The notes under the pieces: generated by a model | Database searches by the model: none | What the model was told of the DNA's origin: nothing | Seen by the model: the letters and a program-made list of their open reading frames with translations, nothing else | Origin: Candidatus Latescibacterota bacterium | Lineage (GTDB): Bacteria > Latescibacterota > UBA2968 | Reading direction: 5' to 3' | DNA length: 64,000 nucleotides | NCBI GenBank assembly: GCA_965204375.1 | Contig: OZ241986.1 | Span: 4,960,001-5,024,000, forward strand | In this document: in pieces, positions 6,704-16,141 of the stretch | How positions within the stretch are numbered: position 1 is the first letter of the stretch | Layout: each line of letters begins with the position of its first letter | Program-made: the position numbers and the translations under genes

Positions 6704-9424
6704 TTACTCAAGCAGAGTCTGAATATCAAAAATCGTTGTCCTCGCCTTGATATCTTCGTGCCTCAATGCGTCCTTAATGCGGTCGGCATTCCCGTAAATA
6801 AGCATCAGCAATGGCAATTTGTTCTGACTGTTTAACATCCTTTTGAAAACGCGGCGAATATCCTCCTCCGTCACCCCATCAACAGCCGATTCGTATTCCT
6901 CCAGCGAAAGAGCGGGCACCCCATCGCGGTCATAGCGCACCTGCTGGCTGAGTCTGCTCTGCGGACCGAGTTGCAAATGATACGCTCGCTTGAGCCTTTC
7001 GCGACCTTTCTCCACCTGCGCCCAAAAATCTGGCTCAGACAAACAATGGTGAATCAACCGAAACATCTCGGGAACAAGCTCAGAAGTATAAACACCTCGA
7101 GGATCAGCCGAAAAACTCAGTACTGGCGGTGACGTCCTTTCGTCAATACTCACGCCCGTCGAATAACACCAGCCCTTTTGTTCGCGAAGCCGAATAAACA
7201 ACAGGCGGTCCAGCGCATTGACCAAAACCGTTTGTGCAAACCAATCCTCATTTGTGCGTGGCAAACCATTGGTTATCCAATAACAAAAATCAGCTTGATG
7301 GGTATATGGATAAATTAAAGCGTGCAAACCCGTAATCTCTTTGCGTTTGGGCCGGGGACGTGGCAAAAAACCATCTCGAACCCGGTTGTGCGTCATCACG
7401 CGCAAACTGCGTTCAATTTCCGATTTACTCAAATCGGAAGTCACCGTAAAAAAGAGGACTTTTGCGCGCAAGGTTCGATTCCAAAATTGTTGCAAGTCTT
7501 TCATTGTCAAATTTTCAAGTGCCGTGCGCGTACCTATCCTCCGGTCCTTGTCGTATTTGTACAGATGATACCTGAAAATTTCCGTTCCTTTATGGTCGTT
7601 AACATATTCCTCAAAATCGTCTATGATCCGCGCCCGTTCCTTATCTAACAGTTCTTTAGAGAATGTGAGATCTCTCATCATCACCTTCAGGCGTCTCAAA
7701 GCCGCATCCAAATTTTCGCTAAACACGGTCAGGTTAACGGTAACATATCGGTCAGAAATATTGAACCAGAACTCTGCGCCAAGCCGGTCCATCTCTTTTT
7801 TATCTTCCCCGTGTAATGCCAGATCATTCAGGCGAAAAAACGCAAAGGACAAACCGCGCGTATCCATTGTCTCCTGCAGATCCCCCCCTGTATAATACCT
7901 CATTGAAAGCCGCGTTTGCGGCACGCGCGTATCTTGCACGTAATATATCTTGTGATTGGAAATTTCTGCATCTGCTACCGAAATATTGCAAAGGACTACA
8001 AATAACCCCACTGCAAGTACTCGCCGTCGCCAGTACCAGCATCCTCCCACACCTGCGAGAACCCACACAATACCCACATAAAGCCACACATGCCGCGATG
8101 GTGGTCGCTCTGGAGACGAGACCAGAGCAAAAGTGCGGGGTGGCTGGTCCAAAAGATATTGCTTCACCACCCGCTTGACATCCGCCACAGTAATCTCATC
8201 GAGATTCTGCATCCACTTGAGACGATGGGCGGGATCGCTGGTGCGAATAAATCCAGAAGAGATCGCATTTGCCAGACGGGACTGACTGGTTATCGTGCGA
8301 TATAAAGTCTTACGCGCTTCGTTCCGCGCCAGCAGAAGATCCTCCTTAGATAAAGAATCGATAGCTGTTTGAATAATTTGTGGCATTTCCTTAACGTCAT
8401 AATATGCACCCGAGGGTAAGTCGGCTATAAAATAAAACAGTCCTTTATCGCGCAGAGCATACTGAGAGTAGCTTAGCTGAAGGGCTTTTCCAGAACTAAC
8501 CAGTTTTTGATGAGCAAGAGAATATTCACCTTCAAAAAGAGCTTTGGCAAATAAATACAAAGCGTAATAGTCCGGATGCGTATCTGTCGGAATATGCCAG
8601 ACACCCCAGACAGAAGAATGCAGACCACTTGTAGATTGCAGGGAATCCTGGGGGACAGATACATCCTCCAACGTATCAACATCATCGTGAATAAACCCCT
8701 CGTCCTTCGGTATCCCTCCAAAATGTTGAACCACAACGGGCAAAATATCAGTCCCTTTCACATCACCGACAATTACAAGACAGGCATTATTCGGCACGTA
8801 ATAACACTTGTGAAATGCGGTCGCTTGCTCCAGAGTAAAAGTTTTAATCGTATCGCGATGACCCAGAATATCGTACCGATAGGGATGTCCTGCAAACATG
8901 CGGGCATACAGCTTTTTGTAAAGCAACCGACGGGCGCCTTCGACATTACGCGCCCATTCAGCCAGAACCACCTCTTTTTCGAGATCAAATGCTTCCTGCG
9001 AAACATCAAACCGTGTCATACCCCGTGCAAAACTGGCGATCAGCGCGTCCAATTGCGCTTTGGGAACAGTCGCGTAGTATTTCGTGCCATCTCTCGACGT
9101 ACTGGCATTGGCGTGTGGTGCTTCCGAAAGGTGGAACGATTCTAAGAATGAGCGATCCACTGCGAGGTGCTCGACCAGATGCGCCATGCCCTGCCGGTCG
9201 GGTGCTTCGTGAGAAGATCCCACGCGATAGGCGATTTGGCACGTCACAACGGGACGGGTATCGTCTTCCACAATCGCAACCTGAAGGCCATTGGCGAGGC
9301 GATAGTGCTGGAGAGAAAGCGAGCCAGCAAGCGAAACATCGGCGACCTTTTGATAGGGCGGCGAACTTGCCAGTACCTGAAGCGGCAAAAGACAGAGAAG
9401 AAGAGGAAAATATCTGGAACGCAT
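6704..9424 (-). CDS. M16 (pitrilysin-like) zinc peptidase; active and inactive halves joined by a hydrophobic linker
   Basis: HxxEH motif (HLVEH) and downstream E (EKEVVLAE). C-terminal half lacks HxxEH but has LRE..G..Y. Start moved to ATG 9424 (signal peptide MRSRYFPLLLCLLPLQVLA, GAGG RBS). Confidence 0.85.
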   Translation of the reverse strand: MRSRYFPLLLCLLPLQVLASSPPYQKVADVSLAGSLSLQHYRLANGLQVAIVEDDTRPVVTCQIAYRVGSSHEAPDRQGMAHLVEHLAVDRSFLESFHLSEAPHANASTSRDGTKYYATVPKAQLDALIASFARGMTRFDVSQEAFDLEKEVVLAEWARNVEGARRLLYKKLYARMFAGHPYRYDILGHRDTIKTFTLEQATAFHKCYYVPNNACLVIVGDVKGTDILPVVVQHFGGIPKDEGFIHDDVDTLEDVSVPQDSLQSTSGLHSSVWGVWHIPTDTHPDYYALYLFAKALFEGEYSLAHQKLVSSGKALQLSYSQYALRDKGLFYFIADLPSGAYYDVKEMPQIIQTAIDSLSKEDLLLARNEARKTLYRTITSQSRLANAISSGFIRTSDPAHRLKWMQNLDEITVADVKRVVKQYLLDQPPRTFALVSSPERPPSRHVWLYVGIVWVLAGVGGCWYWRRRVLAVGLFVVLCNISVADAEISNHKIYYVQDTRVPQTRLSMRYYTGGDLQETMDTRGLSFAFFRLNDLALHGEDKKEMDRLGAEFWFNISDRYVTVNLTVFSENLDAALRRLKVMMRDLTFSKELLDKERARIIDDFEEYVNDHKGTEIFRYHLYKYDKDRRIGTRTALENLTMKDLQQFWNRTLRAKVLFFTVTSDLSKSEIERSLRVMTHNRVRDGFLPRPRPKRKEITGLHALIYPYTHQADFCYWITNGLPRTNEDWFAQTVLVNALDRLLFIRLREQKGWCYSTGVSIDERTSPPVLSFSADPRGVYTSELVPEMFRLIHHCLSEPDFWAQVEKGRERLKRAYHLQLGPQSRLSQQVRYDRDGVPALSLEEYESAVDGVTEEDIRRVFKRMLNSQNKLPLLMLIYGNADRIKDALRHEDIKARTTIFDIQTLLE

Positions 9425-9613
9425 CACGAAATCCTCATGGTTGGCTAAATGCTTATTCCAGAATACCAAAATTTTCCAACGTGTGCAACGCCCAAAAAAC
9501 CTCTGGCTCCTGAAAAACACGCGCCGATTAGCCCTGGCTTTTCCGTTGCTTTTCTCGCGCAAACTGATAATTTACCACATCTCATCTGAAACCCCGTTGC
9601 GAAAGGTCCTCTT

Positions 9614-9838
9614 ATGTTCTTAGTCACCCTGCTCAAAATTTACGGCTACATCATCATTGCGCGAGCACTCATCTCATGGATAAATCCCAATCCATACAAT
9701 CCACTCATCAGAATAATATGCGCCATCACAGATCCGGTACTCGTACCCATTCGCCGCGTGTTGCCCGATCTCGGTGGCCTGGACATATCGCCCTTTGTCG
9801 CCATCGTCATTATCTGGTTCATCATATCCCTGATTTAG
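9614..9838 (+). CDS. yggT: YggT family membrane protein
   Basis: SW.NP.P.NP, T.P.L.PIRR.LP..GGLDISP pattern. Confidence 0.85.
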   Translation: MFLVTLLKIYGYIIIARALISWINPNPYNPLIRIICAITDPVLVPIRRVLPDLGGLDISPFVAIVIIWFIISLI

Positions 9839-9864
9839 TCCCCTCTCTCACAAAAGGGCATAAT

Positions 9865-11070
9865 TTGAGCGCAGAACCACGTCCATCCACCTCCCGCATC
9901 CTCATTCCCATCTTGCTAACTGGCCTGTCTGGTCTGCCCCCCCTATCCATTGACATGTTTTTGCCCTCCATGCCGGCAATGGTGCAGGAATTTCAAACCC
10001 AACCCACCCACATCCAGCCCGCCGTCACCCTATTCCTGATGGCACTGGGCGCAGCACAACTCGTCTTTGGTCCCCTCTCTGACAGATATGGCCGTCGCCC
10101 CATCTTGCTCATCGGTCTGGCCTGTTACGCGCTCGCGGGCCTGGGTTGCCTATTTGCGCCCACAGTGGGCGCACTCATCTTAGCGCGTGTATTGCAGGGA
10201 TTTGCTGGGGGCAGTGGTCCTTCTGTAAGCCGCGCTGTCGTACGCGATATATACGGCGAAATCCACGCCGCCAGAATAATGTCCTACATGGCCACAGCCA
10301 TTGCCCTTGCCCCCATTCTCGCACCCGTGATAGGTGGATTTTTACAAGCCTATTTTGGATGGCATGCCGTCTTTGTCGTACTCAGCGCGCTGGGCGCTCT
10401 GTTCTTTTTGGGCTACCTGTGGGCAGTGCCCGAAACCAATAACATGATAGACCCCACAGCCCTGAATCCAACGCGCATGATAGCCAATTACCGCGACCTC
10501 CTGAGCAGCCGCCAGTACCTCGGATATACCTTTATGGTCGCCATTCTATTCTGGGGCATGTTTGCCTTTATCACAAACTCATCTTTCGTACTCATCACCG
10601 AGTTGGGCGTCTCTCCCCAACTCTACGGCTTCTGTTTTGGATCGGTCGCGGTGGGACTCATGATCGGCGCATTTTTATCTGGCCGTCTCAACAATCGCCT
10701 CGGCAGCGCACGCATCATTCAAATTGGCAGCCTGATCGCAGCAGGCGCGGGCCTGCTTTTATTGGGACTCAAACTCGCGGGCGTATTTTCGGTCATCACC
10801 ATCATCGCCCCCATGTGTTTATTCACAATAGGCGGCGGTATGGTGCGCCCCCAGTCAATGGCCGGCGCAATCGTACCCTACCCGGAAAAAGCCGGACTTG
10901 CCTCCGCCCTCATGGGATTTATACAAATGAGCACAGCGGGATTATTTGTCACCCTCTTCAGTCAATTTTACAGCGCCTCATCCATCTCCATGGTCACAGC
11001 CATTGCCATTTCAGGCATCATTGCCCTGATCGTGCGCCGCACACTATTGCCTTATGGAGCCACATCATGA
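9865..11070 (+). CDS. Bcr/CflA family MFS efflux transporter
   Basis: SIDMFLPSMP, GPLSDRYGRRP (motif A), AP..GG and PET motifs. TTG start at 9865 inferred. Confidence 0.88.
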   Translation: MSAEPRPSTSRILIPILLTGLSGLPPLSIDMFLPSMPAMVQEFQTQPTHIQPAVTLFLMALGAAQLVFGPLSDRYGRRPILLIGLACYALAGLGCLFAPTVGALILARVLQGFAGGSGPSVSRAVVRDIYGEIHAARIMSYMATAIALAPILAPVIGGFLQAYFGWHAVFVVLSALGALFFLGYLWAVPETNNMIDPTALNPTRMIANYRDLLSSRQYLGYTFMVAILFWGMFAFITNSSFVLITELGVSPQLYGFCFGSVAVGLMIGAFLSGRLNNRLGSARIIQIGSLIAAGAGLLLLGLKLAGVFSVITIIAPMCLFTIGGGMVRPQSMAGAIVPYPEKAGLASALMGFIQMSTAGLFVTLFSQFYSASSISMVTAIAISGIIALIVRRTLLPYGATS

Positions 11071-12104
11071 TCCTCGCCATTGACATCGGCGGCACCCAAT
11101 TTGGCCTGGCCCTCGCCACGCCCGACGGTCGCGTCATCAAACACATCCAGCACCAAACAGATCGCGCAGACCACGCAGACAAAAGAACTGACCGCATACT
11201 CGCCGCAAGCAAAACGCTCATCGCACAATCATCTGTATTGGCCTGTGGCATAGGATTTGGTGGCCCCGTCAACTTCGATACACAGCGCATCGTCAACTCC
11301 ACCCACGTCGTCGGATGGGACGATTGCCCACTGCCGAAAATTGTCGAACAACACCTCGGCTTACCCGCAATAATCGACAACGATGCCAACGCGGGCGCAC
11401 TGGGAGAATTTACTTTTGGCGCGGGCAAAAACAGTCGCCACATCATCTACTACACGGTTAGCACCGGCATTGGTGGGGGTATCATCATCAACGGCGAACT
11501 TTACCGCGGTGGCAACGGATATGCCGGCGAACTCGGCCATGTGCCCATCTTGCGCGACGGACCCCAATGCGACTGCGGCAATCGCGGCTGCCTCGAAGCT
11601 CTGTGCTCTGGCACTGCCATCGGCAAGCGCGCAACAGAAGCGGTGCAAAAACATCCGCGCAAAGGCATCGCAATCACACGGGCCGCAAACAACAATCCCA
11701 TCACAGCCAAAACCCTATTTGATACCGCGCGTTCTGAAGCGGTGCAAAAACATCCGCGCAAAGGCATCGCAATCACACGGGCCGCAAACAACAATCCCAT
11801 CACAGCCAAAACCCTATTTGATACCGCGCGTTCTGGAGACCCTTATGCCAGAGTACTCGTCGATGAAATCTGCACCGACCTCGGGCAGGGTTTGGCAATG
11901 GCTGTAAACGCATTCGCCCCCGATGTCATCGTCATCGGAGGCGGCGTCTCAAACGCGGGACGCGTTCTATTTGAACCGCTGCGAAGAGAAACCCGTCGAT
12001 TCCTCATGCCGGTTCACCGTCCAAATCTCAGAATCGCCCCTGCCAAACTCAAAAATCGCTCCGTACTTCTCGGCGCAGTCGCGCTTGCAAGACAACTGAT
12101 TTGA
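11067..12104 (+). CDS. ROK family sugar kinase with an internal 33-aa duplication
   Basis: AIDIGGT, NDANAGALGE, STGIGGG, GELGH and CDCGNRGCLE motifs. ATG 11067 overlaps the upstream stop. Confidence 0.9.
   Translation: MILAIDIGGTQFGLALATPDGRVIKHIQHQTDRADHADKRTDRILAASKTLIAQSSVLACGIGFGGPVNFDTQRIVNSTHVVGWDDCPLPKIVEQHLGLPAIIDNDANAGALGEFTFGAGKNSRHIIYYTVSTGIGGGIIINGELYRGGNGYAGELGHVPILRDGPQCDCGNRGCLEALCSGTAIGKRATEAVQKHPRKGIAITRAANNNPITAKTLFDTARSEAVQKHPRKGIAITRAANNNPITAKTLFDTARSGDPYARVLVDEICTDLGQGLAMAVNAFAPDVIVIGGGVSNAGRVLFEPLRRETRRFLMPVHRPNLRIAPAKLKNRSVLLGAVALARQLI
11637..11834 (+). repeat. Exact 99-bp tandem duplication inside the ROK gene
   Basis: 11637-11735 equals 11736-11834 (EAVQKHPRKGIAITRAANNNPITAKTLFDTARS twice). 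Confidence 0.95.
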
Positions 12105-12213
12105 AATCAGGATGAAATGACGATTTTTTTATCTTGAAATTCAGACATTTTTGAAGTTCATTACCTGACGATAACCTGTTATCCCAGTCGTACAACACCC
12201 AAAGGAGAACACC

Positions 12214-13887
12214 ATGCCTCAAATGACCGGCGGCCGATTCATCGCTGAAACCTTCAAAGGATATGGTATTACCCATGTCTTTTTTATGCCCGTAATTGCA
12301 CCTAGAGCGCTGTATGAAATGGAAAAATTAGGCATCAAACGCATCATGACACACGGCGAAAAAGCCGCTGCTTACATGGCCGATGCGTACGCCCGCGTCA
12401 ACCGGGGTCCCGGTATCTGCATGGCCCAATCTGTCGGCGCGGCCAATCTCGCCGCTGGCCTGCAAGACGCTTATCTCGCCTGCGCCCCAGTTATCGCCAT
12501 CACCGGACGCCAGACCCAGATCAACCAGCAGCGCCACGCCTATCAAGAAGTCGATCACAAAGCTCCTTTTAGCGCGGTCACAAAATACAGTATTAACGTC
12601 GGCGAACTCGATCAACTGCCCTACTTCATGCGTCAGGCATTTCGAGAATCCGTCTCTGGCACACCCGGTCCCGTTCACCTGGACTTTGAGGGCTTTGTCG
12701 GACAAAACATCGCAGAAGCCGAAGCGGACCTGGACGTCATCATCGAAGAACAATTCACACGCATGCCCCCCTTCCGTCCAGAGCCAGAAGAGTCAAGCGT
12801 TCGGGAAGCCATAACATTGCTCACCCGTGCCAAACGTCCCGTCATCATCGCCGGCGGAGGCGTCACCTATTCCGAAGCAGGTACCGAACTCGTCAAACTC
12901 GCCGAAAAATTATCCATACCCGTCGCCACCTCTCTCAACGCCAAAGAAACCTTCCCCTACGACCATCCACTCGCCGTTGGCGTATGCGGCCAATACTCCC
13001 GTGCCTGCGCCAACAAAACCGTCTGCGAAGCCGATCTCGTCTTCTTTATCGGCAGTCACGCGGGTGGGCAGGTCACCAACGAATGGAAAATTCCGCCCAA
13101 AGGCACACCCGTCATCCAGCTCGACATCAACCCCTCTGAACTGGGGCGTTCTTTCCCAATATCGCTCGGTCTGCAAGGCGATGTTCAGGCATCGCTGCGC
13201 AAAATGATCGACAATGCCGACCCCGTTGCAGAGCGCACCGAATGGATTACCCGGGTCCGGGATCTGGTCCGCGAATGGCGCGACGAAGTCGCCCCACTCG
13301 TCAACTCCGACGACAACCCCATGCGTCCCGAACGCCTGTGCAAAGAACTCACCGACCTTCTCCCCTCAGACGCCATCCTCGTCTCTGACACGGGTCACTC
13401 CGGGATATGGACCGGCACCATGATGGACCTCAAACACCCCGATCAACTGTTCATCCGCTGCGCCGGATCCCTCGGATGGGGTCTCCCTGCAGCTATTGGT
13501 GCCAAATGCGCCAAACCCGACCGCCCTGTTATCTGCTTCACCGGCGACGGCGGGATATGGTATCACATGACCGAACTCGATACCGCATTGCGATACGACA
13601 TCCCCACTGTCACCATCGTAAACAACAACCGCTCGCTCAACCAGGAAAAATCCGTCAACGAGCGAACTTATGGCGGACAGACTCCTGGATCCGATGAACT
13701 GTGGATACTCACTGATGCCGACTTTGCAAAAATTGCACAATCCATGGACTGCTTTGGTGCCACGGTAAATCATCCCGGCGAACTATCGGGTGCCTTAGAC
13801 CAGGCACTTGCCTCTAACAAACCCGCCATCATTGATGTCAAAACACACATCGAAGGCATTGCACCACGCGCCTGGGCGCCAGAGTAA
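12214..13887 (+). CDS. Thiamine-diphosphate-dependent enzyme (acetolactate synthase large-subunit-like)
   Basis: HGEKAAAYMADAYAR (catalytic Glu), PGPVHL, GDG...NN ThDP motif. Confidence 0.88.
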   Translation: MPQMTGGRFIAETFKGYGITHVFFMPVIAPRALYEMEKLGIKRIMTHGEKAAAYMADAYARVNRGPGICMAQSVGAANLAAGLQDAYLACAPVIAITGRQTQINQQRHAYQEVDHKAPFSAVTKYSINVGELDQLPYFMRQAFRESVSGTPGPVHLDFEGFVGQNIAEAEADLDVIIEEQFTRMPPFRPEPEESSVREAITLLTRAKRPVIIAGGGVTYSEAGTELVKLAEKLSIPVATSLNAKETFPYDHPLAVGVCGQYSRACANKTVCEADLVFFIGSHAGGQVTNEWKIPPKGTPVIQLDINPSELGRSFPISLGLQGDVQASLRKMIDNADPVAERTEWITRVRDLVREWRDEVAPLVNSDDNPMRPERLCKELTDLLPSDAILVSDTGHSGIWTGTMMDLKHPDQLFIRCAGSLGWGLPAAIGAKCAKPDRPVICFTGDGGIWYHMTELDTALRYDIPTVTIVNNNRSLNQEKSVNERTYGGQTPGSDELWILTDADFAKIAQSMDCFGATVNHPGELSGALDQALASNKPAIIDVKTHIEGIAPRAWAPE

Positions 13888-13906
13888 AAACGCGAGGAAC
13901 TCCTCA

Positions 13907-14821
13907 ATGGACGCAAAAGAAAGATACTTCTGGGACCTGACCGGGCATCTCGTTGTGCCCCAGGTACTCAGTCCCGATGAAATCGCAGAAGCAAATGAAG
14001 CCATCGATTATTACACCCGGGAAATTTTAAAAATCCAGGACTCTGACGACCTGCCCGGCAGACCAGATGTGCAGGCAAACACAGTCGTCAGAACCAGCAA
14101 TAAGCATCCCTATTTCCTAAAAATGCCTTCGCCGTATTCCGATCCCTTCAGGAAAATGCTCGTCCATCCCCAGATCGTATCTCGCCTCAACAAAATATGT
14201 GGTCGGGGCTTTCGCTTGGATCACGGACCCGAGTTAATCGGTCACGTCAAAGGCGTAGATGGCCTTCGGCTGCACGGATCGGGTGACCGCCACAAACCCT
14301 ATGTGGCCTATCGCAATCAAAACGGCGAAATGCACTGCGGCGGAGTCACGGTCTCCTATCAACTATCAGACGTCGGCAAAGGCGATGGCGGATTTGTCGC
14401 CGTACCGGGATCGCACAAATCCAAATACATCATACCCGAAGACCTCAAATACTTCAAAAGCGACATGGACGTACTCGTTCAACCCACTATGAAAGCGGGA
14501 GATGTCCTCTTTTTCATGGACGGCGCGCAAACGCACGGCACTTTGCCCTGGCAAGCAGAACACCAGCGCCGATCCATCCTCTACAAATACACGAGTAGAA
14601 CGTCTGCCCGGCAGGGAACCGCAGAAGACGTTGCACCGCCCAAAAATTACTGGGAACAATCGATCACCGACGGCATGACACCTGAGCAACTCGCCGTCAT
14701 GTGGGGACCCTATTCCAACTACCACGAAGAACTGCCTGTCCTGGGCATTAACGATCAGGGTGTTGTCCACACAGAAGAACCCATTGACCCCGATAATATC
14801 TGGAGCGACCGGAGAGGATAA
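13907..14821 (+). CDS. Phytanoyl-CoA dioxygenase (PhyH)-like protein
   Basis: G.LVVP.VL, GDGGFVAVPGSHK, KAGDVLFF...THGT.PW..RR motifs. ATG 13907 behind GAGG. Confidence 0.8.
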   Translation: MDAKERYFWDLTGHLVVPQVLSPDEIAEANEAIDYYTREILKIQDSDDLPGRPDVQANTVVRTSNKHPYFLKMPSPYSDPFRKMLVHPQIVSRLNKICGRGFRLDHGPELIGHVKGVDGLRLHGSGDRHKPYVAYRNQNGEMHCGGVTVSYQLSDVGKGDGGFVAVPGSHKSKYIIPEDLKYFKSDMDVLVQPTMKAGDVLFFMDGAQTHGTLPWQAEHQRRSILYKYTSRTSARQGTAEDVAPPKNYWEQSITDGMTPEQLAVMWGPYSNYHEELPVLGINDQGVVHTEEPIDPDNIWSDRRG

Positions 14822-14843
14822 ACACAACAAAAGGAGACTCTCA

Positions 14844-16085
14844 ATGCCCTACGACCTCCTCTTAAAAAACGCCACCGTTATTGATCCCTCTCAAAATCTC
14901 AACGCCATCCGCGATGTCGCCATCCAAAACGCCACCATTGTCGCCCTCTCTGAATCCATCACCGATTCCGCCAAAGAAACCCTGGACCTTACTGGCAAAA
15001 TCCTCACCCCCGGCTGGATCGATATCCATGCCCACGTCTTTGCCGGTGCGACCACCTGGGGCATTCAAGCGGATGCCCTCTGTCTCGCCACCGGCGTCAC
15101 CACCATCGTTGATGCCGGCAGCCCCGGCTGGGCCAATTTCCTCGCCTTCCGCGACTTCATCGCCACCCCCGCCCGCACCCAGATTCTCACCTTTGTCCAT
15201 ATCAGCGGCATCGGTCTTACCTACGGTCCCATCGGAGAAATGACCGACATTAAATATGCCGATCCCGAACGCACCGCCTACGTCGTCCACACCTATCCCG
15301 AAACCTGCGTAGGCATCAAAGTACGCATCAGCAAAACCATCACTGGAGAAAACGGTGTCGTCCCCTTACAGTTGGCCGTTCGGGCCGCTGACATGGCCCA
15401 CACACCCGTCATGGTCCACATGGGTGCTGGCGTCGCCCTCTCCGACATCTTGGCCGAACTGCGCCCAGGCGACATCGTTACCCACTGTTATCGCGGAGAT
15501 GGAGACGCCACCATTGGCGACACCATTTTAAACCGCCAGCACATCATCCGCCCCGAAGTCCACCATGCCCGCCAGCAGGGAATTCTCTTCGACGTCGGTC
15601 ACGGCGGCGGCAGTTTCCTTTTTGAAACCGCCAAAAAAGCCCTCGCCCAGGACTTTCTCCCCGACGTCATCAGCACCGACATCCACTCCGGTTCAATCAA
15701 CGATCCCGTCTATAGCCTCCCAGAAACCGCCTCCAAACTGCTCAATCTGGGTATCGAACTCCCCGACATCGTCCGTCAAACTACCACCGCAGCTGCAGCC
15801 GCCATTGGCAGAAGCGACCATCTGGGGACCCTCAAAACCGGCACCGTCGCAGACCTATCGGCCTTTGAAATTCGCGAAGGCGAATTCCGATTTCACGACG
15901 TCAGAGACAATTTGGAAATCGGCCGCAAAAACATCCATCCCGTACTCACCATCCGGGCTGGCAAAGTCTATCGCCCCGAAACCCTTCGGGAAGAACGCGA
16001 CGAAACCCTCGCCCGTGCCCGTGAAATTCGCGCGCTTACCTCCCGACGGTTCGGCGATCTGGGATGGACACCACCCGGCGCATAA
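14844..16085 (+). CDS. Amidohydrolase / dihydroorotase-like deacetylase family metallohydrolase
   Basis: PGWIDIHAH, GVTTIVDAGS, GIKVR, THCY, DVGHG and ISTD motifs. Confidence 0.88.
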   Translation: MPYDLLLKNATVIDPSQNLNAIRDVAIQNATIVALSESITDSAKETLDLTGKILTPGWIDIHAHVFAGATTWGIQADALCLATGVTTIVDAGSPGWANFLAFRDFIATPARTQILTFVHISGIGLTYGPIGEMTDIKYADPERTAYVVHTYPETCVGIKVRISKTITGENGVVPLQLAVRAADMAHTPVMVHMGAGVALSDILAELRPGDIVTHCYRGDGDATIGDTILNRQHIIRPEVHHARQQGILFDVGHGGGSFLFETAKKALAQDFLPDVISTDIHSGSINDPVYSLPETASKLLNLGIELPDIVRQTTTAAAAAIGRSDHLGTLKTGTVADLSAFEIREGEFRFHDVRDNLEIGRKNIHPVLTIRAGKVYRPETLREERDETLARAREIRALTSRRFGDLGWTPPGA

Positions 16086-16128
16086 AAAAAGGCGATCACA
16101 CAACTGTGACCGCCTCTTCCTTTTTTTT
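16084..16128. terminator. Bidirectional terminator between convergent genes
   Basis: A7, GGCGATCACA/TGTGACCGCC stem, then a T-rich tail. Confidence 0.7.
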
Positions 16129-16141
16129 CCCGATACACCAA

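Noticed and set aside
9425-9562. N-terminal extension of the M16 ORF, and similar extensions on the MFS, ROK, nqrC, nqrF and TIR ORFs
   Set aside because: Longest-ORF artefacts; downstream starts have an RBS and match family N-termini or signal peptides.
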